This document shows positions 10,301 through 20,000 of a stretch of DNA of 20,000 nt, piece by piece. Below the pieces are notes generated by a model. The model was not told where the DNA came from, did not search any database, and saw nothing but the letters and a program-made list of their open reading frames with translations. Within the stretch, counting starts at the first letter, position 1. Each line of letters begins with the position of its first letter. Origin of the DNA: Trichinella spiralis (lineage: Eukaryota); assembly GCF_000181795.1 (NCBI RefSeq), contig NW_003526941.1:6729818-6749817 (forward strand). Reading direction: 5' to 3'. The translations under genes and the position numbers were made by a program.

Positions 10301-12510
10301 ACCTTGTCACAAAGCGGCTGATCGGCACAGTCGACCTAGTGACTAACAACATACGGGCATTTATTTGTCAAACTGAAGCCAACTGCTTCTCACTTGCATC
10401 GGGGGATTATGTGTCGAATAGTAGAAATTTTAAAAAATGTATCCCCATTTGACCGGTTGACATTGTATAATTCAATTTTGACATTGTTCTCACGGTCGGC
10501 AGAGCTTTGCATGTATTACAAATCGGCGAGATGCAAGAAAATTATAGTTTTCTTAAATGATCAAAATTTGAAACAAACCAACTGCAACGTTGTAATAATG
10601 AGCAGACGATGTAGTAGTAGTAGTTTGAAATGCTATTGCGGATAGTCTGTTGTCTGTATTGAACCACAGTGATAGTGTAGAAGGGTAAAAGAAAATTCAA
10701 GAGACAAGAAAAACAGAGAGAGACAGGAGGGGAGAGATTGAGCGAGACATCACAAAAATATGGGCCATTGTTGATGCAACTGGGCTACAATTTGTTTTGA
10801 TGCTTTCCGTTCCAAGGCTCCGTAGCAGGGGGTCCGTGACACCTCGCCAGAGGCGATCAGTCAGCCAAGTTAGCTTTGATCGATCATCAATCAACAACTC
10901 TGGCGTTGGCACGTCATCTGCATCAAGTTGAACCTTTGGCTGAGGTCGCCGAAACATTTTTACTATTTCGTTCCAACGGTCTGATTTGTATTTGAAACGT
11001 TCCCGTCGACATGTCAGAACTCCTGCCGATTCGCTTAATTGACTCCATGCAAATGTTGAAGAGTTGGACGACAATTTGCACATCGTCATTTTGTATTATC
11101 TATTAGCTTTGCAAAATGCGGATCAGACCGCCGCTGGCTGACCTCGACAATCGACAGCATTTTTTTTAATGAAAAATTTACATTCATTCTTCAACTCTTC
11201 ATTTTCCTATTCACATTTCATCAAAACTGGACAAACATTTCTTAACGTACCTCTTGAAGAATAATTATTCCTTTTTTTAAAATCAAATCTCTTTTTTGAT
11301 ATAAGCGTTGTTCACGTTTTTATTTATTTATATGTAAACTTGGATAGTATGAACTTAATTTTTTCAATTCTACGAAACTGCTTTCACTTCTGGCAGCGTA
11401 ATCAATGACAATGATAAGACGGAGGCCAGTATTGTCAGCATTAAAGAAGTACAAACAGTATTGACAAATAGACCATCTTCCCATCAATTTAATCTCTCAT
11501 ATTCACACTTTGAATGTATACTTTAACTAAAACTGAAACTGAATTGACTATACAAAAAGAATGTTTGTTGTTTATTATTCGTCATTGGTAATTATATTGA
11601 ATTATGTATGCTTGACATTTTTTGAAATGCAAAATCAAATAAGCTTTCATAAAACTTCGAATGTTTGAAGGAAATGTATTTGTTTTTTTATGAATGAAAT
11701 TTATTAATTTAAAAAGTAAAGAAAACAAATAAAGAAGCATATAATTGCAAATTTTTATCTCGTAAATTGAACGAGCACATCTAAAAAGCAATCTCTGTTA
11801 CTGTATTGTACTTGAGTTGTATTGATCAAGTAGTTTCATTGAGTGTATACGACGTACATGTGTTCAATTCAAGCATTATTTCCCATCACCTTGAATGTTT
11901 TGAAAAGTGCTTGACAGTAGTGACTGGCAGCTGAAAAAGTTGACTTGATATCTTCCACATTGCATTTTCCAGTTTGTAACAGATGCATACAAAAATAAGC
12001 ATTGTTTTATTTTATTGAGAAATTCTTTTCACGCATTCATGTTCTATACGTAAATTTTTAGTTTTTATGATATTAATTTTAAAAGAAAAAACATTTTATT
12101 TTATTACAACATCAGTGATTTTTGCTTATTGGTCATTTGTTGGTAGAAAATTGGTCATTCTATTTCATGTCTTGTTATTTTAAGCAGATGAGATTGTAAT
12201 TATTTAGAATATTTTGCTGCGGCGTTGTTTCCAATGATAGAAGCAGAATGTTTCTCTTTGTTAGCAATGATCGTTGTATGCGTGCTTGATTTCATTCATC
12301 TTTGACAAGACAGTATAAAATCGGTAATTCTGTGGGGTAACAAAGGGATTTTGCTTAATGGTGAAATCGAGCCGTTTGGTAAACACAATCGCTGGCCAAT
12401 CAATCAATTGGTCAATTTGTTGAGCAGGCAGGCAAGCGCAGACTGCAGTTATAAGAAGAATAAGATGCAGCCGAATTCCTTTTTTCACTCATGTACTATT
12501 ATACTATGTG

Positions 12511-12535
12511 ATATGATATGATATGATATGATATG
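12511..12535 (+). repeat. (ATATG)5 pentanucleotide repeat just downstream of the NK2 gene
   Basis: Read directly. Confidence 0.95.
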
Positions 12536-12573
12536 ATACTGTACTATTTGCAGTCAACAATAGAAACAGGAAA

Positions 12574-12579
12574 TTTATT
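12574..12579 (-). promoter_or_regulatory. Candidate polyadenylation signal of the NK2 gene
   Basis: TTTATT on + (AATAAA on -), about 90 nt past the TAG stop. Confidence 0.45.
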
Positions 12580-12667
12580 TTTTAAAATTTGAATAAGAAC
12601 AAATTTCTAATTTAATCGACGAAGAAAGGAGAAAATTTTTCAATTTGACATAAAAGGAATCACTCTA

Positions 12668-13007
12668 CTACCACCAACCATTCTGTAGGTAGTAATGTGA
12701 GGCTCCTAAAACCGGTGCTGGCGTTTGTTGTTGATGATGATGGTGCGTAGCTGATGTTCCAGCAAACAGTCCCATCGGTGGGGTTGGAGTGACAGGGTCT
12801 GGAGCGAGTGGTCCAAAATGAGCTGCACCCATTAATGGCATCGGGTTTGGTAATGAACTGACCGAATCGAGGGTCTTTCGGGTACCAGTGCAAGGTTTAC
12901 CGTCGTGAACGAGCAATGGAATCGAGATCCGTCTACTAGACATCAGCGAATTATTCAAATGACTCGGGCCAATTGTTCGATCATGAATGCCTTTTTTGGT
13001 TTTGTAT
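12668..13007 (-). CDS. ceh-22: NK2.2/vnd/ceh-22-like homeobox gene, terminal exon (homeodomain end, NK2-specific domain, His/Gln tract, C-terminal WW)
   Basis: Begins YKTKK, with Tyr54 diagnostic of the NK2 class. Contains SSRRISIPLLVHDGKPC (12940-12890), matching the NK2-SD consensus SPRRVAVPVLVRDGKPC. Also has a Pro-rich region and HHHHQQQ, and ends YYLQNGWW-TAG (stop 12670-12668). Confidence 0.92.
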
Positions 13008-14269
13008 CTGGAGAAAAAAACAGTCACCAGTTAGTTGTATCAGTTCTCAACAGTTTTATACGGCACGTTAATTAACGGGGCCATTTTTTAACAAGGTCCT
13101 CTCACGTATAACAAATGTGGTGAAAACAGTTTTCAGCTAAAATATCCTCTGGAGAATCTGAATGCACACGTAAGAGAATATCTAAATAGTTGAACTAAAT
13201 CACTGCCACAAATGCACTTCAAAATTATGGTTTCATACTGTAAGCAGGAAATGAACAAACTCAGAAACTTAAACAGAAGGCGTGGCTGTGAAAATGATCG
13301 AACTCTGGCTATGTTATTGAAGAGTTTGGGTAATATTAGTCACGAGAGCAATGGTGGGTTTTATAATCGGCATGTTGGTGGAATTTCTCTCGTCTCACTC
13401 ATTCTTAGTCTACTGTACTGTTTGTTCTTTGTCAAAATTGGCCCTTTTTAGAACTGACTTACGGTAACCCACCCACTGAGATCGAACTCTTCTATCAACG
13501 CTTACGCAAGTTTTGCATTTAGTAAATTTTCCACATGCTGTGCAAAATTTTCCTTTTGTACTGATTTCCAGTTGTTGAACAGAAACTGCATGTCGTCGAA
13601 TGCATTCTTTGCACATTCTTTATCATCATTCTTAATTACTCTTTTATGAGAAAAGTTTCAACTTGATGAACGTTTGCACTTTAGCATAAATGAAAGAAAA
13701 AAAAATATTTTCTTAAATACGTGCTTTTTGAAATTGCTTGACTTCCCTTTGTGATTCTTGTTTATAATTTATAACTGGTAATGCAATTAATAAATAATTA
13801 ACTTCGTCTTCTCTCTTTCAAGCCTTGAATAGCTTTAAATTTGAATTTATTACTTTTTGACATAAGTGTAGATAGATAGATGTAAGGATTTCACCACAAA
13901 TAACCGTGAGAGGTTGAAAATAAAAGCGTTAAATTTTATGTGAAGCATTGCAAATCTTCGATGAGAAATAGCATATCTATTTTGAGCCTTTTGTCAACAA
14001 AAATGTAAACCTGCTTTATTGCTCAAACTTTAAATTCATAGCATTATTAGTTTAAATTTACATTTTTTAGAATGACATTTTCCCTTTATTAACTTAATGC
14101 AACTTCATATTAAGCCAAATTTCCAATATGATTCATGCATATAACAGTGAATAGCAACATTAATTAATCATAGCAAAAAATATTGTTGAAATAAATCTTA
14201 AAATAGTTTTAATTAATGTGAAATTGGTAGAAGTTATGCATTGAAAAAAAAGACAAATAATTTTCTTAC
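13008..14269 (-). other. Spliceosomal GT-AG intron (1262 nt, phase 2) inside homeodomain codon Arg53
   Basis: Donor AG|GTAAGA at 14270/14269 and acceptor TTTTTTTCTCCAG|A at 13008/13007. Splicing joins AG+A to give Arg and restores WFQNHRYKTKK. Confidence 0.93.
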
Positions 14270-14724
14270 CTGTGATTTTGAAACCATATTTTTACCTGGG
14301 TTGGTGTCAAGCGAATTTGCTGTGCAAGAAGTTCACGTTCCGGTGCAGACAAATAACGTTGTTGACGAAAGCGTCGCTCTAATTCGACCGTTTGAGATTT
14401 CGAGAACAATATTCGACGTTTTCTTTTCTTTGTCGACGATGTGGTTTGCTTTTTTGCCGTCACAGGTTCCGTTTTATCAGACAATTCCGAACCATTTGGG
14501 ATATGCTTTTCATCCGTTGTTATATTATTAGCGCTGTTTTGTTGTTTAGAATCTGGATTTGGACTGTCAAGTTTGGCAGACGCTTGTCTGTGAATCCGGA
14601 GAACGTGTTGATTTATCCGCAGTAAATTTGATGAAACGGTTGATCTAGCATGTAAGCGTCTGTCAACGAGATGGCGAGAGGTGGCGATAATGGTAAAAAT
14701 CTGTCTGTACAGCACTAGCCGGGG
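14270..14724 (-). CDS. ceh-22: NK2.2/vnd/ceh-22-like homeobox gene, exon encoding homeodomain residues 1-53 (5' boundary uncertain; frame open up to the N gap)
   Basis: [53 protein letters not shown] (14427-14270) is nearly identical to the Nkx2.2/vnd homeodomain. It ends at a canonical CAG|GTAAG donor. The gene symbol reflects inferred orthology. Confidence 0.92.
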
Positions 14725-14734
14725 NNNNNNNNNN
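14725..14734. other. Assembly gap (10 N, true size unknown) interrupting the NK2 gene
   Basis: Run of N, with an abrupt compositional change on either side. Confidence 1.
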
Positions 14735-14835
14735 GAATAAAAATCAAATACTTTATTTACTTCATCGCTGAAGCTAAGCTGCTTCATTTCATGAAGTAAA
14801 TAATCTAATAATGTGTGGTAAGAATGTCATTTTTC

Positions 14836-14851
14836 ATATATATATATATAT
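14836..14851 (+). repeat. (AT)8 microsatellite
   Basis: Read directly. Confidence 0.9.
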
Positions 14852-17394
14852 GTGTGAATAGATATCTTCTGTAGAGTACAAATACATGCAGAATATGTAC
14901 GTATACTTTATAGAATAGCTAAATAATATCTGCATTTCGAAGCACAGAACTAATCGCCTTATTTATTAAATATATTTACAAATGATAATTTTGCAGTGCT
15001 TGAAAGGTGGTTTAGAAAGAGGTGATGGACGATGCTGTTGAAATGAGCTGAGGATGCAATGTTGAATGAACTGATATTTATTTAATGAGCATTTGAAGGA
15101 GAGGATATTGTTTTCAGGTGGTAACTAGTGCTTTTAAAGCTTGATATGCTTGACTGCATTTCTACGTTCACACAGTTCTGTTGTTGTTATCTGTGGCAGT
15201 TGAACTGTTCGAAGAAGTTGGGAATTTTATCGATTGTCCTGGCAAGTTTGGGATTTGATGTTGTTAGCGTCGACAAATTAAGATTAAGATAATATACTTT
15301 ACCAGTGTTATGTGTATTGTTGAACTTTTCCCAAACATTTGTATTTATTTTACATATAGTAATAGGTTGTTTTGAAGATTTTTCAAATATTCTTGCACTA
15401 GCACTTTTGCAAAATATTAAAATGTTTTCTTAATAAATCTTTTTCATGCAGTTTCTTGTTCAGATGATAATAAATTAATAACAGTTTTATCTTTATTGAT
15501 GCTTTCTGATGCATTATTGACTGAAAATTTGCTTATTAGCAAAATAGCAAGTTTCTATAAAAATGAAGGAAGTTTCTATGGAAACTTGTGCATGTATGTA
15601 TGCATTTATATGTATGTGGTGTATGCGAGTTCATGTAAACTTCCCTCTCTTTCTCTTTTTCTCCATATTTTTCTGTTTTTTTATCTGTTATTATTTTTTC
15701 TCTTTTATATTTATAACTCTCTGAGTGGTTAAAAGCGTTATCGATGTTTGCGTCAAACGAGAAAAGCCCGTAGTAACGGAATTCTCTGACTGTGCTAGTT
15801 GAAAATGTGATCAAGTGATGCCATTCACATACACACGTATACATACACATACATGCCTGCAGCGTTGAATATATTCCAACTAGACTTAGGCAAGATAAAA
15901 AAAAAGGAAGCAAGTTTTTTATTTGCATCTGAACTGAGCTTCTTCAAAAGCGAACGTTTTTTTTAAATATATTATTGCAAATAAATTGAAAAGTGAATAC
16001 GATAATTAAGGATTCTTCTTTTTTTAATGATAAATATTATTGAACTTTATTATTTCCACGAGATGAGATCGAAAAACAAGGAAAAATTTTATGTCTGTCT
16101 GAAGTACACATACAATGAATGAGCTGTGCATTCTTATTTTATTTTTATTTTATTATTCTTTTTTGACAGCTTTACCATATTAACCAGCTCATTAGACGAA
16201 TGATTTCCTTTTGATTTCTCGCTTCAGTGCTGCTCTTTTTAACAACAATTAATTAATTTTTCATTTTCTCCGAGTCACTACTTGTTTATTTATTTATATT
16301 ATATGTTAGCATTTGACGGATTGGATTGATGTAATTTCAATTTCAGCATATTATTATTATTGTTGCTGCTGGTGCTGGTGATGTATTGTATGATGTGTAT
16401 TGTGAACTAACTAAGTAACTAGCCTAACCAACTGCTGGTGAAACTGTGCATAAATGAACGGTAGAATTTGCATGTTTTTCACGTGGAAAGTTTTAATACT
16501 GGGCAACTTTTCAGTCAAGGTTATTAATTTGAAATTGCGCCTTTTGGGACAGTTAAGCTTTGTCTGTAATCTTGCCAAAACTGAACAAAGCCCCAGCAAC
16601 AACGCGCTTTCTCCAACTCAACGTTGTTCGTTCATTGTAGCCTTGCCATTGCAATCGACATGTCAGTTTCTTTGCGACACTGCTTAATACACACAATCTA
16701 CTGGAACGTCAACATTTTGCAAAGCGAACATAATTTTCCCGGCTTAGACTGCACGTCAGAGGGGATGTAGCGGGAACCTGTGGAGATGGCCTTTTCAAAA
16801 ATTGGTCGATTATTTTCATTTTCACGGCTAATTTCACCACCGCTCTACTTGGCATTAATTAATCATTAATCAGACTACACGAAAGGAGTTGTGTTTAATT
16901 ATCGTCCAATCGACATTTGTATGCCCATTCTTTTGAGAAGAGCAAGCCAACTTTCCCCCCCCCCTCCCCCTTTGGCACCGGTGTTGTGATTTTCACCCCT
17001 CCCCAAACACTTTCATGTCTTATTCAATTTCAAATATTGAAATTTGCTTTTTCAGTTAATTAATTAATTAGCATATCCCGATTGTTTATATTTTTGCTCT
17101 AGTAATCGTTTAATTGCACGTATGTAAAATCTTATCTGTTTATTAATTTTACCACAAATTGATGTATTTTGTTTTTTACTTGTAATTTTTGTGATTTTGT
17201 TATTATTAATGGTAAATTTTTCTTTTTTATTGTAAAATTGATAAACTTAGCATAACTTACTTGATATCATCCGTTTTATTCCTTTTTCAGTATTGTCGTA
17301 AAAATGGTCAAAGTTAGATATTTTTTACAAATATGGAATGAAATTAGTTTGCTTGAATTCTTTATTTTACTTATGTTGATCTGATTGAAACATC

Positions 17395-18291
17395 NNNNNN
17401 NNNNNNNNNNNNNNNNNNNNNNNNNNNNNNNNNNNNNNNNNNNNNNNNNNNNNNNNNNNNNNNNNNNNNNNNNNNNNNNNNNNNNNNNNNNNNNNNNNNN
17501 NNNNNNNNNNNNNNNNNNNNNNNNNNNNNNNNNNNNNNNNNNNNNNNNNNNNNNNNNNNNNNNNNNNNNNNNNNNNNNNNNNNNNNNNNNNNNNNNNNNN
17601 NNNNNNNNNNNNNNNNNNNNNNNNNNNNNNNNNNNNNNNNNNNNNNNNNNNNNNNNNNNNNNNNNNNNNNNNNNNNNNNNNNNNNNNNNNNNNNNNNNNN
17701 NNNNNNNNNNNNNNNNNNNNNNNNNNNNNNNNNNNNNNNNNNNNNNNNNNNNNNNNNNNNNNNNNNNNNNNNNNNNNNNNNNNNNNNNNNNNNNNNNNNN
17801 NNNNNNNNNNNNNNNNNNNNNNNNNNNNNNNNNNNNNNNNNNNNNNNNNNNNNNNNNNNNNNNNNNNNNNNNNNNNNNNNNNNNNNNNNNNNNNNNNNNN
17901 NNNNNNNNNNNNNNNNNNNNNNNNNNNNNNNNNNNNNNNNNNNNNNNNNNNNNNNNNNNNNNNNNNNNNNNNNNNNNNNNNNNNNNNNNNNNNNNNNNNN
18001 NNNNNNNNNNNNNNNNNNNNNNNNNNNNNNNNNNNNNNNNNNNNNNNNNNNNNNNNNNNNNNNNNNNNNNNNNNNNNNNNNNNNNNNNNNNNNNNNNNNN
18101 NNNNNNNNNNNNNNNNNNNNNNNNNNNNNNNNNNNNNNNNNNNNNNNNNNNNNNNNNNNNNNNNNNNNNNNNNNNNNNNNNNNNNNNNNNNNNNNNNNNN
18201 NNNNNNNNNNNNNNNNNNNNNNNNNNNNNNNNNNNNNNNNNNNNNNNNNNNNNNNNNNNNNNNNNNNNNNNNNNNNNNNNNNNNNNNNNNN
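17395..18291. other. Assembly gap (897 N)
   Basis: Run of N. Confidence 1.
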
Positions 18292-18397
18292 CCTGACAAC
18301 TTTTTGTAGGTAGCATTCGATTGGGCGATCATAACAGCGGCAGATGTTCTCCTCAAACCTGTCGAGTAGTAAGTCGGCAGGTCTTTGCCCAACGAAC
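18292..18397 (-). other. Possible coding exon fragment running into the assembly gap (unassigned)
   Basis: GC-richer segment following a TTTGCAG acceptor-like site (AG at 18399-18398), with two frames open to the gap. I recognise no domain. A + strand reading is also possible. Confidence 0.25.
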
Positions 18398-20000
18398 CTG
18401 CAAATCATTATACTATGGAAAAAGAGCAAAAGAATTGCGGTGAAAATAATTTTTTTCTTTTCTGATCCTGAAAAGAAAATTATTCCAATCACAACGACCG
18501 AATTATTCACGATTTTATTTATTTATTTTCACGTTCATCCTCTTATTTGCAAATTGAAAGGAAATTTTTTTCATTTTGCTAATATTTTGTTTGATTGTTG
18601 TTGTTATTGTTCAAATTTCTATCTGGGTTATGCTGAGAAGCTGCATTTGAACAATAGTTTGCACTGCAGATGGCAGCTAATGTGAGCGAAATGCTTGCAA
18701 TTGGCGTCGGCCCAGTTTACCTTAAATATTTGTATTCGGGACGGCAATTTTGTGCCAACAATGCCAAAATTGATGTACAATTTCATTGCAACAACAGAAA
18801 AGGCGTGCAATATTGACCAACCGGATTGGTTTATATTCTTCTTAATCACAACTTTAAGCATCTCATCTTCGGCTACTGTGTCAGTGACTTTTTATTTTTA
18901 CTGTTGTTTGTGCTTGTCTGTCCTCCGTGCAATTGGTGGCACTTAAATTCACTTTCAAGCTTGCCCATTCACAATCATCAGTGAATATCCACATTTCTGG
19001 AGAAAACATTGCTATTTAATTGTCAGAAATTTATGAAATTGATTTTCCACATCTTATGTATTGCCTTTTTGTTGTTCTTGGACAGAAGAGTTTCTGTAAT
19101 TTTCAACTGTCTAACTTTGGGCAAAGTACAATGCATGTTTGGCGCACGTTTGATCAGTTAACATTATTTTAAACAGCTGTTCCACGAAGAAATGTTAAGA
19201 TTTGCATTTCCGTGGAATTTAAATATCTTCCTTCCTTGCATATGTTTATTCTTTGTGGAATTGTAATTTTGTTGTAATATATGTCCACTTTACGTACGTA
19301 GTCAAGTTTTAAATTTAATATTATTTTTTCCCTCAAAACATTAGCATATTGTGGTGCATTTCCTTTCAACTTTTCTAAATTTGCCTTGCGAAATTAACTT
19401 CAAATAATTCCAATAATATTTTAAACTGAATGAAAAAATGGCGTAATTTATTGAATTTACGTTTAAAATACATTAATTACACCACTGCAAAAGAGAAATA
19501 ATATCTAATAAGTGTGTATAATTGATGCATGTACTTTTATTATTTACACGCATTGAAAAATGAAGTTATTATTTGATAAATGTCCATTTTCAAATAACTT
19601 TCTTCGCATTTCAGATCTTTTAGTTTTGGTCTCATTGTTAATCGGGACCAGCATTGTCATCCTGTCGCTTGCAAATTTCGATTTCTATATTGTTTTGCTT
19701 AATCTCACCTGCTTTCAGTAATTTTTTAATAATTTATGAAGTATTTTTAAGTATCGAATAGTTCTATTGAAGAATACTGTTTATTGAAAGCATTCTTAAA
19801 AGTTAGTTTCACAGCTCTACTATCATCAAGCCGTCTATATCTGTGATTATGATTATGCTATGATATGATAATTTTTGTTTCGCAAAATCGCATTCCAATA
19901 ATTTGCAAACGTTGCACGTAGCATTTACTTTTGGCTAGCATTTCACGACTATTTATGGCGTAGAGCAATTGGATAAATGGATCCGACCTTTTTACTTTGG

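Noticed and set aside
12261..12488. - strand ORF resembling a secreted peptide precursor (hydrophobic N-terminus, KR site)
   Set aside because: It starts at GTG directly after an in-frame TGA, the nearby ATG is out of frame, there is no amidation motif, and it lies in the NK2 3' flank.
16505..16535. NFSVKVINL on the + strand, resembling a tinman/eh1 motif
   Set aside because: It is on the wrong strand for the NK2 gene and lacks the D-I-L core.
17276..18510. Long 300-380 aa ORFs in the ORF track
   Set aside because: They are artefacts of translating through 897 N.
1..20000. Window-wide excess of NK2 sites (CAAGTG/CACTTG); also CRISPR, tRNA, rRNA and transposon signatures
   Set aside because: The roughly dozen NK2 hexamers I saw are not clearly above chance for 19 kb. 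No repeat-spacer array, cloverleaf, terminal inverted repeats or transposase/RT motifs were seen.

Overview
AT-rich, intron-containing animal genomic DNA from a draft assembly with three N gaps (407-416, 14725-14734, 17395-18291). Composition and gene content suggest a nematode, possibly Trichinella-like; this is inference only. Two protein-coding genes are well supported and lie tail-to-tail. (1) On the + strand, a single-ORF rhodopsin-family peptide GPCR (6075-7259) whose motifs most resemble the CNMamide-receptor/FMRFamide-receptor-like group. (2) On the - strand, a spliced NK2.2/vnd/ceh-22-type homeobox gene. A 1262-nt GT-AG intron (13008-14269) splits its homeodomain in codon 53, and its last exon carries an NK2-specific domain and a C-terminal WW. 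Its 5' end is unresolved because of the gaps. The rest is non-coding, with microsatellites and several GC-richer islands (about 2950-3380, 8970-11150 and 16720-17075) that may be regulatory, plus one possible orphan exon next to the large gap. I found no RNA gene, transposon or CRISPR array, and no clearly new biological system. The most interesting points are evolutionary.
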